DNA from: Candidatus Omnitrophota bacterium | GTDB taxonomy: Bacteria > Omnitrophota > Omnitrophia > Omnitrophales > Aquincolibacteriaceae | Length of the DNA stretch: 30,171 nt | Direction of reading: 5' to 3' | Assembly: GCA_043803685.1 (NCBI GenBank) | Contig: JAZDJU010000091.1 | Span: forward strand, 1-30,171 | Part shown: positions 8,617 to 17,072 of the stretch, in pieces | Numbering within the stretch: the stretch's first letter is position 1 | How the letters are laid out: each line of letters opens with the position of its first letter | Program-made: the position numbers and the translations under genes | Notes under the pieces: generated by a model | Told to the model about the DNA's origin: nothing | What the model saw: only the letters and a program-made list of their open reading frames with translations | Database searches by the model: none

Positions 8617-8627
8617 ATTATAGCACA
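8617..8627 (-). promoter_or_regulatory. Extended -10 promoter for the carbohydrate operon
   Basis: The minus strand has TGTGCTATAAT (TRTGn-TATAAT) between the parB stop and the SBP start. Confidence 0.6.
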
Positions 8628-8690
8628 GGGCCTAGCCTGTCTGTAAAGGCTCTTTTCTCTTGGTTTGCCCATAAGCGGGCTTTCGGGAGA

Positions 8691-9638
8691 TCAGCCGCGC
8701 GGCAAGCCTATCTTCTGAAGGACTCGGTCAAGATCATCGAGCGAAAAATATTGGATCTCCACCCGCCCCTCCTTCTGATTCTTTCGCGGATAGATCTTGG
8801 TTTGCGTCCCGAGAAAATGGGTCAGCCGCGTTTCAAGATCCACGATCTCGGCGCTAAGATGCCGGGCAGATTTTGCTTTTCGTTTATGCGCATTGCTCCG
8901 ATTGACGATGGCTTCGACCTGCCGCACCGACAAATTCTCTTCGACGATCCTTTTGGCCATTTGCCGTTGATGCTCCGGGGTCAGAAGCCCAAGCAGCGCG
9001 CGGGCGTGTCCCGCCGAGAGCCTCCCCTCCGCCAAATATTGTTTTACCTCTTGCGGCAAGCGCAAAAGCCTTAGGGTGTTCGTGATGGTAACGCGGTTCT
9101 TCCCAACGCGTTTCGCGACGTCTTCCTGGGAAATCCGCCTTTCTTCAACAAGACGTTGATAGGCTTCGGCTTCCTCGATTGGATTTAGATCTTCTCTCTG
9201 GATATTCTCGATCAGTGCCCATTCAAGAAAATCCTCATCGGCAACATCTTTGATAATGACCGGGACCTCTGCCAAGCCGCAAAGCGTCGCGGCGCGAAAC
9301 CGGCGTTCCCCGCACACGATCTCGAAGTTTCCGCCGCCTTTCTTTTTTACAATCATGGGCTGCAAAACGCCCTTTTCCCGAATAGAGGCGGCAAGCTCTT
9401 CGATGGTCTCCGGATTAAATGTTTTCCGCGGTTGGTCAGAGTTCGGTACGATCCTGGCGATGGGAACCAGTTGGAACGCTTCTTCTCTCGCCGGAAGAAT
9501 AGCGGCCGGGATTTCAGCCTCCGGAGCCATGGTGAGCGTGGCGGTTGACGTGAGAGTCTCTTTGGTTATTTCCGCAACGTGTTCCTTATAGCTGTCCGGT
9601 ATCAGGGCGCTTAATCCTTTGCCAAGTGCTTTTTTCAT
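8691..9638 (-). CDS. parB: Chromosome partitioning CTPase ParB/Spo0J
   Basis: N-terminal KALGKGLSALI, then QPRK, GVLQP, GERRFRA, ENIQREDLNPIEEA, an HTH, GHARALL and LSVRQVE. Confidence 0.97.
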   Translation of the reverse strand: MKKALGKGLSALIPDSYKEHVAEITKETLTSTATLTMAPEAEIPAAILPAREEAFQLVPIARIVPNSDQPRKTFNPETIEELAASIREKGVLQPMIVKKKGGGNFEIVCGERRFRAATLCGLAEVPVIIKDVADEDFLEWALIENIQREDLNPIEEAEAYQRLVEERRISQEDVAKRVGKNRVTITNTLRLLRLPQEVKQYLAEGRLSAGHARALLGLLTPEHQRQMAKRIVEENLSVRQVEAIVNRSNAHKRKAKSARHLSAEIVDLETRLTHFLGTQTKIYPRKNQKEGRVEIQYFSLDDLDRVLQKIGLPRG

Positions 9639-9675
9639 TTTTGTAACTCCTTATTTATAAGCGTGTTGTGTTTCT

Positions 9676-10569
9676 TTATGAAATCACAGTCGTGGGCTGC
9701 GCCTGCTTTTCTGTCGCTTCGTCGCCGGAATCCGCTGTTTTAGTCGCGGTAACCACTTTATCGCTTGCGGTCGTGCTTGCCTCAAGCATTCTTCGGTCAT
9801 CGTCGGTGCCAAAGCGGGCCAAAAATTCTTTGCCAAGCTCTGTGTAGGCAACGGAACCTCGGTTGTGCGGGTCATAAAGAACGGCGGGTTTTCCAAAACT
9901 CGGCGCTTCGGAAACCTTTACCGATCTCGGTATCACGGACTGAAATGCTTTTTCTTTAAAATAATTACGGACCTCTTCTATGACCTGTTGCGTCAAGTTG
10001 GTCCTGATATCCGCCATTGTAAGAATGACGCCCCCCAACTCGATATCAGCGCTAAGATTCTTTTTAACTAGCTGGTAAGTGTTCAATAGCTGGCCAAGGC
10101 CTTCAAGGGCGTAGTATTCGCACTGGAGAGGTATAATAATGTAACCGCTAGCAGTCAAAGCATTTATGCTTATAAGCCCGAGCGATGGCGGGCAGTCGAG
10201 AAATATAAAATCGTATTCGCTAGACACCTTCGACAATTGCTCCTTCAGGATAAACTCTCGCTTCTCTTGACTGATAAGGTGCATTTCTGCTCCGGCAAGA
10301 TGGGCGTTTGAAGGGATGATCCACAGGTTTTCTATGGGTGTTGTTTTGATGCTAGCTCTCGGATCAACGTTTTCCACAAGAAGTTGATAAGCTGTTGATT
10401 CATTTTCATTCTTTTCTATCCCAACCCCACTTGTAGCATTGCCTTGTGAGTCCAAATCAATTAATAGAACTTTCTTTCCAAGGCCGGCCAATACGGTTGC
10501 CATATTGATTACAGATGTCGTTTTTCCAACGCCGCCTTTTTGATTAAAAAAAGAAAATATTTTCCCCAT
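9676..10569 (-). CDS. parA: Chromosome partitioning ATPase ParA/Soj
   Basis: NQKGGVGKTT deviant Walker A, DLDSQGNAT, DCPPSLG, PLQCEYYALEG, SEAPSFGKP. Start set at ATG 10569, after a GGAGG RBS. Confidence 0.96.
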   Translation of the reverse strand: MGKIFSFFNQKGGVGKTTSVINMATVLAGLGKKVLLIDLDSQGNATSGVGIEKNENESTAYQLLVENVDPRASIKTTPIENLWIIPSNAHLAGAEMHLISQEKREFILKEQLSKVSSEYDFIFLDCPPSLGLISINALTASGYIIIPLQCEYYALEGLGQLLNTYQLVKKNLSADIELGGVILTMADIRTNLTQQVIEEVRNYFKEKAFQSVIPRSVKVSEAPSFGKPAVLYDPHNRGSVAYTELGKEFLARFGTDDDRRMLEASTTASDKVVTATKTADSGDEATEKQAQPTTVIS

Positions 10570-10581
10570 AGACCCTCCGGA

Positions 10582-10597
10582 TGTTTCACGTGAAACG
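10582..10597. promoter_or_regulatory. parS site
   Basis: TGTTTCACGTGAAACG matches the consensus TGTTTCACGTGAAACA at 15/16 positions and lies 12 nt upstream of the parA ATG. Confidence 0.9.
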
Positions 10598-10658
10598 TTG
10601 CTTGGCTTTCGCCAAAGAACATGGCTTTTATCTAGCTTTTTTGGAACGGTATGCATAA

Positions 10659-10686
10659 ATACTACATCCTAAAATGTAAATAGCAA
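10659..10686 (-). promoter_or_regulatory. Putative parAB promoter
   Basis: The minus strand has TTGCTA-16 nt-TAGTAT in an AT-rich stretch between the two parS sites. Confidence 0.4.
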
Positions 10687-10844
10687 ATGAATTTTTACGG
10701 TATCGCCTTGCGGTCACTTTTTTTTCGGAAACCATAAAACTTTGCATCGGGATCCTGCGGTTCTATTTTCAGCTTTGAATTAGACGAAATGGCCTGATGG
10801 ACTGCAGGACGATAAAGGCGAAAATTTTTCATTAAACGTCGGGT

Positions 10845-10860
10845 TGTTTCACGTGAAACA
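10845..10860. promoter_or_regulatory. parS site
   Basis: Perfect palindrome TGTTTCACGTGAAACA. Confidence 0.95.
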
Positions 10861-11112
10861 TGCTTTGTTTTTCTGTTCGATTGTTTTTGCAAATCAACTT
10901 AGCTGCTAATCGTAACGCAATCTCTATGTTCGAACGAGGTCGTCCACACAGCTCGTTCTAAGACGTTTTTTTACGTTTAAAAACATGACCTCACGCGATG
11001 CCTAAAGCATACTGTAGAGGAGAACATCAAAAGCGAAGGAGCGTCTGACTCGCTGCGCTAGAGGTAATCGATCGAGGTGTTCTTGTGGTTCGTTTCTGCT
11101 GCGGTATTGCTT

Positions 11113-12939
11113 TTACTGTTTAAGATGACTCTTTGATGCCTTTTCCAGGAAGACCGCGAGAATGGAAAGATCGCAGGACGAGATCCCCGGAATGCGTGCG
11201 GCTTGTCCTATGGACTCCGGACGAATCTTTTTCATTTTTTCTTTTGCTTCTCGCCCGATCCCAGGGACTTCGTCATAATTAAAATTTCCTGGTATTTTTC
11301 TTTTCTCGAGCTTTGAAAATTTCTGAACCTCTCTTTTTTGTTGGGCGATATATCCTTCGTATTTAATTTCGGCCTCGATAAATTGCCGCTCATAAACTGA
11401 TAAATCGCATGAGTGTAACCCATTTACCATAATGTTATTATAGCTCTCATTTGGATTTTTTAATCGTTGATAAATCGTCTCGCCATTGATCCTTTTTGTC
11501 TTAAGTTCCTGCGTCTCATGACGAATGCGATCCATGCTTTGATTAAACTCCTCGTACGTCTTGTCCGAAATCAATCCGAACTGATATCCATAGAACATGA
11601 GCCTTTCGTTCGCGTTGTCTTGACGGAGCAACAATCGAAACTCCGCTCGCGACGTAAACATCCGGTAAGGTTCGTTTGTTCCACAGGTCACGAGATCGTC
11701 GATCATGACCGCGAGGTACGCTTCGGTCCGGTCTAAAATAAACTCACTCCCACCGCAAAGCCTTCGAATGACGTTAAGGCCCGCCATGAGACCCTGTCCC
11801 GCGGCTTCCTCGTACCCCGAAGTGCAGTTGATCTGCCCCGCAAAAAAAAGATTCTTTATCTTCTTGGACTCTAAGGAGTGCCTGAGCTGGGTCGGGGGAG
11901 CCGCGTCATATTCGATCGCGTAACCATATTTCAGAATCTCCGCGTCCTCAAGACCCCGGATCTTGCGGATTGCGGCTTCCTGTACGTCCTTGGGAAGCGA
12001 GGTCGAAAAACCGTTTACGTAGATCTCCGGCGTATCCCGGCCCTCGGGCTCGAGGTAGATCTGATGGCTTTTCTTGTCGGGAAATTTTACGACCTTGTCT
12101 TCCACCGAAGGACAATACCGTGGCCCGATCCCTGCGATCTTCCCGGCATAAAGAGGCGAGCGGCTCAGGTTTTCGCGAATGATCTCGTGGACTTTCTCGT
12201 TCGTGTGCGTCAGATAGCAGGGGAGTTGTTCGACAACAAGCTTTTGGGTTTGGTAAGAAAAAGGCTGAGGCGGTTCATCGCCGCGCTGTTCCTCTGTCAT
12301 CTCCCAACAAATGCTTTTCTGATGAAGGCGGGGCGGCGTCCCCGTTTTGAAACGGACCAACTCAATCCCGTGGTCTCGCAACGAAGCGGAAAGGCCCACG
12401 GCTGCCGGCTCGTCGCGGCGCCCGCCTGGATATTTTTCTTCTCCCACATGGATCAACCCTTGCAAAAAAGTTCCCGTGGTCAAGATCACATGTTCGCCGA
12501 AAAAGGCCTCTCCCTCTTGAGTACGAACGCCGTAACACGCGCCGTCTTTCACAAGAAGTTCCACAACCTGTCCTTGAAGGAGGACGAGGTTTTTTTCTGC
12601 CTCGAGGACGCGCTTCATATAAAGCTCGTACTCTTTCTTATCGGCCTGCGCGCGCGGCGCCCAAACGGCCGGTCCTTTGGATTTATTAAGCATGCGGAAT
12701 TGAATTCCCGTCGCGTCTGTCGCAAGGCCCATTTCTCCACCGAGGGCATCGATCTCGCGGACAATGTGTCCTTTAGCGAGACCGCCGATCGCGGGATTGC
12801 AGGACATTCGCGCGATGGCGTTCGTGTCCATGGTGATCACAAGAACGGGGAAGCCGCACCGGGCGATGGCGAGGGAAGCTTCGACGCCGGCGTGTCCGGC
12901 TCCGACAACAATGGCGGCAAACTTCTGTGTGGAGGTCAT
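11113..12939 (-). CDS. mnmG: tRNA uridine-5-carboxymethylaminomethyl(34) synthesis enzyme MnmG (GidA)
   Basis: Motifs: VVGAGHAGVEA, MSCNPAIGG, KGPAVWAPRAQAD, RFKTGTPPR, GPRYCPSVEDK, GYEEAAGQG, EPYRMFTSRAE, KYEGY. Start set at ATG 12939. Confidence 0.97.
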   Translation of the reverse strand: MTSTQKFAAIVVGAGHAGVEASLAIARCGFPVLVITMDTNAIARMSCNPAIGGLAKGHIVREIDALGGEMGLATDATGIQFRMLNKSKGPAVWAPRAQADKKEYELYMKRVLEAEKNLVLLQGQVVELLVKDGACYGVRTQEGEAFFGEHVILTTGTFLQGLIHVGEEKYPGGRRDEPAAVGLSASLRDHGIELVRFKTGTPPRLHQKSICWEMTEEQRGDEPPQPFSYQTQKLVVEQLPCYLTHTNEKVHEIIRENLSRSPLYAGKIAGIGPRYCPSVEDKVVKFPDKKSHQIYLEPEGRDTPEIYVNGFSTSLPKDVQEAAIRKIRGLEDAEILKYGYAIEYDAAPPTQLRHSLESKKIKNLFFAGQINCTSGYEEAAGQGLMAGLNVIRRLCGGSEFILDRTEAYLAVMIDDLVTCGTNEPYRMFTSRAEFRLLLRQDNANERLMFYGYQFGLISDKTYEEFNQSMDRIRHETQELKTKRINGETIYQRLKNPNESYNNIMVNGLHSCDLSVYERQFIEAEIKYEGYIAQQKREVQKFSKLEKRKIPGNFNYDEVPGIGREAKEKMKKIRPESIGQAARIPGISSCDLSILAVFLEKASKSHLKQ

Positions 12940-13017
12940 ATTTGTAAGGCGCGCGGGCAAGGACTGCGGCGAAATTTTTTCTTCCCCGAACGCGAAGCTC
13001 CGTACGCCGTACTATTT

Positions 13018-14643
13018 TTACTGGTCTTCGTGGTGCAGAACGATCACGATGCGATTGATAAAGGTCTGCTGGATGATCGAAAAAACGTTCTGCAGGGTCC
13101 AGTAAAGCGTGAGTCCCGAAGGCATGTTGTAACAAATAAAACCAAAAAAGATCGGCATAAGATTCATGATCTTTTGTTGTTCGGGGCTAGATCCCGGCTG
13201 CGCGGGCATCAGCTTCTGGTACCAGATCTGCGACGCCGCCATCAGGATCGGCAGAATGTTCAGCGTGTTCCACCCTAGAAAGGGAACCGTGAAAGGAAGC
13301 GTCAGGAAATGGTCCGGAGCGGAAAGATCCTTGATCCATCCGATGAACGGCGCGCCATGCAACTCGATCGCTTCGGGAAGAAGCTTGAACATTGCGATAA
13401 AAACCGGGATCTGAATGAGCATGGGGAGGCAGCCCATCATGGGGTTCACTTTGTTGCGCCGGTAAAGGGCCATCACCTCTTGTTGGGATTTTGCCGGATC
13501 TTTTTTGTGGTGCTCTTGGATCGCTTTCATTTTCGGCGCCAGAGCCTGCATTTTCTTCATGCTCGAATAGCTCAGGTGCGTGAGCGGCGCGAAAAGAAGC
13601 TTGATCAGAAAGGTCAGGATCACGAGCGCCCAACCGAAGTTGTGCGTGTATTGATTAAAAAATTTCAGAGAGGCGAGAATCCCCATTTTAAAAAGACCGA
13701 AAAAGCCGCGAGAAAAAACCTCCTCGAACCCCGCCCCAAGATCTTTCAAGTCCTCATATCTTTGCGGCCCGGCATAGATCAAAAAGCTTCTCTCTCCCTC
13801 GCCGCCCGCGGGGATCGTTAAAGGCTCGAGCGTTATTTTCTCCCAAAGGTTCTTTTCATCGGCTCTTGCGGTCCCATCGATGATCTTACCGCTCGGCTTC
13901 ACGATCAGGGCAAAATATTTTTTGATGCTCCCCGCCCACGCGGCCGGCGCGGGGAAGGCGTATCCTTTTTTCCGGATCCCCGACAGATCCTTCGACTGAA
14001 GCTTCCCGTCGTAGGCCACGGCATCGTAGTAGCCGTAATCTTTTTGATAATCTTTTTGATGGCTTATCCCGTAACTGAGCGTGATCGGGAAATGTTTTTC
14101 CGCGCCGGAAAGATTTCTGACCCTGACGGCGAGATCGATCACGGGCTTGTCCTTGCGAAACGAGTAGGTCTTAATGATCTGGTACTCCCCGGGAAATTCA
14201 TAAGAAAATTCCACGGCTTCGTCTTTGCGGGTCATTTTGAAGATCGTCTCCGCGAGATTCGCCTCAGCCTGCGAAACTCCCGTGCCGAAAATACCGGACT
14301 CCCGAGGATCGCCCGAAAAGAAATCTGTTTTGGTAAATGCTTCCCGGTTCTTTTCGCCTAGAAAGGAAAGCGCCGTGATCGTTCCTCCTAGGGTGGAAAA
14401 CTCCGCTCTGTAAAGCGGGGTTTCATAAAGGGTGACTGCGGGCGACGCTCCTTTTTCCAGGCTCGTCCCTTGGGGAATTGCCGCGGAAAGAACTGTGTCG
14501 GCTGGCAGGGCGGCGCTTTGCGCTACGACCGCTTTCGTTCGCGGCGGTTGATTCGCCGCGGGATAAATTTTTTTGATCAGCATGGGGTAAAGCAACATGA
14601 CGAGCATTGCGAGAACGAGCGCTTTAACGGTATTCTTATCCAT
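13018..14643 (-). CDS. yidC: Membrane protein insertase YidC
   Basis: N-terminal TM segment, a large periplasmic domain, then YAGP, SMKKMQALAPK, NPMMGCLPMLIQIPVF, WIKDLSAPD and PSGLTLYW. Confidence 0.96.
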   Translation of the reverse strand: MDKNTVKALVLAMLVMLLYPMLIKKIYPAANQPPRTKAVVAQSAALPADTVLSAAIPQGTSLEKGASPAVTLYETPLYRAEFSTLGGTITALSFLGEKNREAFTKTDFFSGDPRESGIFGTGVSQAEANLAETIFKMTRKDEAVEFSYEFPGEYQIIKTYSFRKDKPVIDLAVRVRNLSGAEKHFPITLSYGISHQKDYQKDYGYYDAVAYDGKLQSKDLSGIRKKGYAFPAPAAWAGSIKKYFALIVKPSGKIIDGTARADEKNLWEKITLEPLTIPAGGEGERSFLIYAGPQRYEDLKDLGAGFEEVFSRGFFGLFKMGILASLKFFNQYTHNFGWALVILTFLIKLLFAPLTHLSYSSMKKMQALAPKMKAIQEHHKKDPAKSQQEVMALYRRNKVNPMMGCLPMLIQIPVFIAMFKLLPEAIELHGAPFIGWIKDLSAPDHFLTLPFTVPFLGWNTLNILPILMAASQIWYQKLMPAQPGSSPEQQKIMNLMPIFFGFICYNMPSGLTLYWTLQNVFSIIQQTFINRIVIVLHHEDQ

Positions 14644-14653
14644 GTATTCTTCC

Positions 14654-14863
14654 TTACGTTACGGGGTCAAATCCGCCGGGGTGAAAAGGATGGCACTTAC
14701 AAAGTCTCTGTATCGCGAGGCTCGCTCCGCGCATCGCTCCCTTTTTGTTGATAGCTTCTTCCGCGTACACGGAACAGCTTGGAGTAAATCGACAGCCGGG
14801 CCCAAAAAAAGGCGCCACGCAAGCGCGATAAAAACGGATCGCAAGGACTAAGAGTTGTTTCAT
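14654..14863 (-). CDS. yidD: Membrane protein insertion efficiency factor YidD
   Basis: CRFTPSCSVYA and RLCKCHPFHPGGFDPV. The ATG overlaps the rnpA stop (ATGA). Confidence 0.95.
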   Translation of the reverse strand: MKQLLVLAIRFYRACVAPFFGPGCRFTPSCSVYAEEAINKKGAMRGASLAIQRLCKCHPFHPGGFDPVT

Positions 14864-15237
14864 GCCCAAACTCCCGCTTTCTTAAAAAGCTTCACGAGCT
14901 CTTCCTCGACATCCAAAAAGGATGGCTTTTTTTGCGTGTGCCGGACTTTCACCAAACACTTCGCCCAGGGATGAAGTTGCGATTGATGTTCGCGGAAAAT
15001 TTCCCGGACGCGTCGCTTCCAGCGATTTCGCCCGACGGCGGTGGGGTCTGTTTTCCGACTCACCACGATCCCGACCATGGGCTTTTCTCTGGGATCCGGT
15101 TTTTCCCGACATTCTTTTTTTTCAACCCACAAATAACAAAGCTCTCCTCGAACAAACTGTCCCTGTTCGACGAGGCGTTTGAAGGTTGCTTGTCGGCGGA
15201 TCCGCTGTCCCGGGCCGAGCCGTTTTTTTGGCTCCAA
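14860..15237 (-). CDS. rnpA: Ribonuclease P protein component
   Basis: VGIVVSRK...AVGRNRWKRRVRE RNR motif, located between rpmH and yidD. TTG start. Confidence 0.92.
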   Translation of the reverse strand: MEPKKRLGPGQRIRRQATFKRLVEQGQFVRGELCYLWVEKKECREKPDPREKPMVGIVVSRKTDPTAVGRNRWKRRVREIFREHQSQLHPWAKCLVKVRHTQKKPSFLDVEEELVKLFKKAGVWA

Positions 15238-15240
15238 CGC

Positions 15241-15378
15241 TTAGACTTGCGTCAGCTTTCTCCGTCCCTTTTTCCGGCGGCTTGCGAGGACTTTCCGTCC
15301 TCCAGCTGTCCGTGTTCGGGCAAGAAAGCCGTGCTTGTTACGACGTTTTCTTTTGGAAGGTTGGTATGTTCTTTTCAT
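15241..15378 (-). CDS. rpmH: 50S ribosomal protein L34
   Basis: Not in the ORF track. Manual translation gives [45 protein letters not shown] (45 aa). Confidence 0.98.
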   Translation of the reverse strand: MKRTYQPSKRKRRNKHGFLARTRTAGGRKVLASRRKKGRRKLTQV

Positions 15379-15387
15379 GAGGCGGGG

Positions 15388-15416
15388 ATTATAGTGAAGT
15401 TCGCGCGCAATATCCA
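15388..15416 (-). promoter_or_regulatory. rpmH promoter
   Basis: The minus strand has TGGATA-17 nt-TATAAT, ending 9 nt before the rpmH ATG. Confidence 0.6.
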
Positions 15417-15419
15417 GCG

Positions 15420-15719
15420 TTTTGTTTTGCTTTCAAGAAAACTTTTTCTTTTCTCTACCCTCAAAGCTTTCCTTCTAAAAAAGTTTTCTTACTCGTGGAC
15501 AAAATGTTTTTTTCTCGTAGAATACCTCTTGATTGCTGTTGCGTTCGTTCCCAATACCGGAACGAACGTTTCTTTTGCCTTTTTCCTCGCTGTTGAAAAC
15601 ATGTTTACAAGCTATTAATTGATTTTTAGTAATTTTTCCGTATGCGAATACGATATTAAAAATAATAAATATTATCTTCTTAATAACCTGTGCATAACTT
15701 CGAGAGGCCTTGAGCCCGA
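15420..15719. other. oriC sub-region upstream of dnaA (DnaA boxes + AT-rich tract; also the dnaA promoter region)
   Basis: Minus-strand DnaA-box-like 9-mers: TTATGCACA (15689-15697), TTTTCAACA (15591-15599), TTGTCCACG (15494-15502). The stretch 15613-15686 is very AT-rich. Genes diverge from this gap. Confidence 0.7.
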
Positions 15720-17072
15720 GTGAGTCAGCCCCCTTCGTCTCTTCCCGACATCTCTCCCGCAGAGCTTTGGAAGAAGGTTTGCTCCCTTCTCTCGCGCGAG
15801 CTAAGTGAGAGGTCTTTCAAAACATGGCTTGAGCCTCTTTCTCCTCTAGAGGTGACTGAAGACTCTCTGGTTTTAAGCGTTCCTGACTCGTATTATGGAA
15901 AATGGCTCGAGGATCATTACCAGAATCTCATTCTTTCTTCGGTCGAAGAGGTCGCCGGCCGCCCCATGAAGGTCTCCTATCGGGTGGTCGCTCCTCCGCA
16001 AGCGCCTCCTTCTCTCCCGGTTTCGCCTCTCGTGAAGGGAAAGGAAGAGGCCTCTTCCAGCCTAAACCAGCGCTACACCTTCGATGATTTTGTGATCGGG
16101 CCAGGAAACCGTTTCGCTCATGCCGCTTCGGTGGCTGTCAGCGAATCGCCTGCTAAGCAATACAATCCTCTCTTTATATATGGGCCCACGGGTCTTGGGA
16201 AAACCCACCTCCTTCATTCCATCGCGCATGAGCTTAGCAAGCGAAATCCGGGGTTTAAGATCTTGTATCTCTCCAGCGAAAAGTTCACCAATCAATTGAT
16301 CACGGCCATTCAAACAAAAACAACGCCGCAATTTAGAGCAAAATATCGCTCCTTAGACCTTTTGTTGATCGATGACGTCCATTTCATTGCCGAAAAAAAT
16401 TCGACTCAGGAGGAATTTTTTAATACGTTTAACACCCTTTACGATGCCCATAAGCAGATCGTTGTCACTAGCGATCGCCCACCCAGAGAGATCCCTGGGC
16501 TGGAAGAACGTCTTGTTTCTCGCTTCGGTTGGGGTCTTGTCACGGACATCCAGCCCCCGGACTTTGAAACGCGGGTGGCTATTTTGAAGAAGAAGATGGA
16601 GCGGGAAACTGTTGTGGTGCCTGATGATGTGGCTTATTTCATCGCGGAAAAAATTAAATCGAATATCCGTGAGCTTGAGGGCGCCCTGATCCGCGTGGTC
16701 GCCTATTGTTCTCTCACCGACTCCAAGGTGGACGTCCGTCTTGCCCAGGAGATATTGAAGGATTCTTTCAAAGAAGAGGCCCAAAAATTTACGATCGAGG
16801 GCATCCAAAAAGTCGTTGCTGATTATTTTAATGTGAAAGTTTCGGATCTTCGGGCAAAAAAACGCACCGTTTCTATCGTTCGCCCGCGGCAGATCGCTAT
16901 GTTTCTTATTCGCGAGCTAACCTCCCACTCTCTTCCTGAGATCGGAGAGTTTTTTGGAGGGAAAGACCACACCACCGTATTGCACTCATGTAATAAGATC
17001 GCCGCGGAAAAGGAAAAGGATGTTTCTGTCCGGGGCTTGTTGGAGAAATTGACCGGACTGTTGAAAAGATAG
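15720..17072 (+). CDS. dnaA: Chromosomal replication initiator DnaA
   Basis: Motifs: FKTWL, YTFDDFVIG, YNPLFIYGPTGLGKTHLL, LLIDDV, QEEFFNTFN, NIRELEGAL, RQIAM, GGKDHTTV. GTG start. Confidence 0.98.
   Translation: MSQPPSSLPDISPAELWKKVCSLLSRELSERSFKTWLEPLSPLEVTEDSLVLSVPDSYYGKWLEDHYQNLILSSVEEVAGRPMKVSYRVVAPPQAPPSLPVSPLVKGKEEASSSLNQRYTFDDFVIGPGNRFAHAASVAVSESPAKQYNPLFIYGPTGLGKTHLLHSIAHELSKRNPGFKILYLSSEKFTNQLITAIQTKTTPQFRAKYRSLDLLLIDDVHFIAEKNSTQEEFFNTFNTLYDAHKQIVVTSDRPPREIPGLEERLVSRFGWGLVTDIQPPDFETRVAILKKKMERETVVVPDDVAYFIAEKIKSNIRELEGALIRVVAYCSLTDSKVDVRLAQEILKDSFKEEAQKFTIEGIQKVVADYFNVKVSDLRAKKRTVSIVRPRQIAMFLIRELTSHSLPEIGEFFGGKDHTTVLHSCNKIAAEKEKDVSVRGLLEKLTGLLKR

Noticed and set aside
10695..10892. 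65-aa ORF containing VSRET, and the VSRET-containing extension of the parA ORF
   Set aside because: VSRET is simply the translation of the parS palindrome. There is no RBS or other coding evidence.
11878..13278. 466-aa plus-strand ORF, and similar long antisense ORFs (83..751, 1562..2296, 2993..4177, 5143..6027, 23033..23821, 29074..29712)
   Set aside because: These are shadow ORFs opposite well-supported genes. They are expected from GC-rich codon bias and have no recognisable motifs.
14932..15618. 228-aa plus-strand ORF
   Set aside because: It is antisense to rnpA and rpmH and runs into T-rich origin DNA, giving an F/L/S-rich non-protein-like composition.
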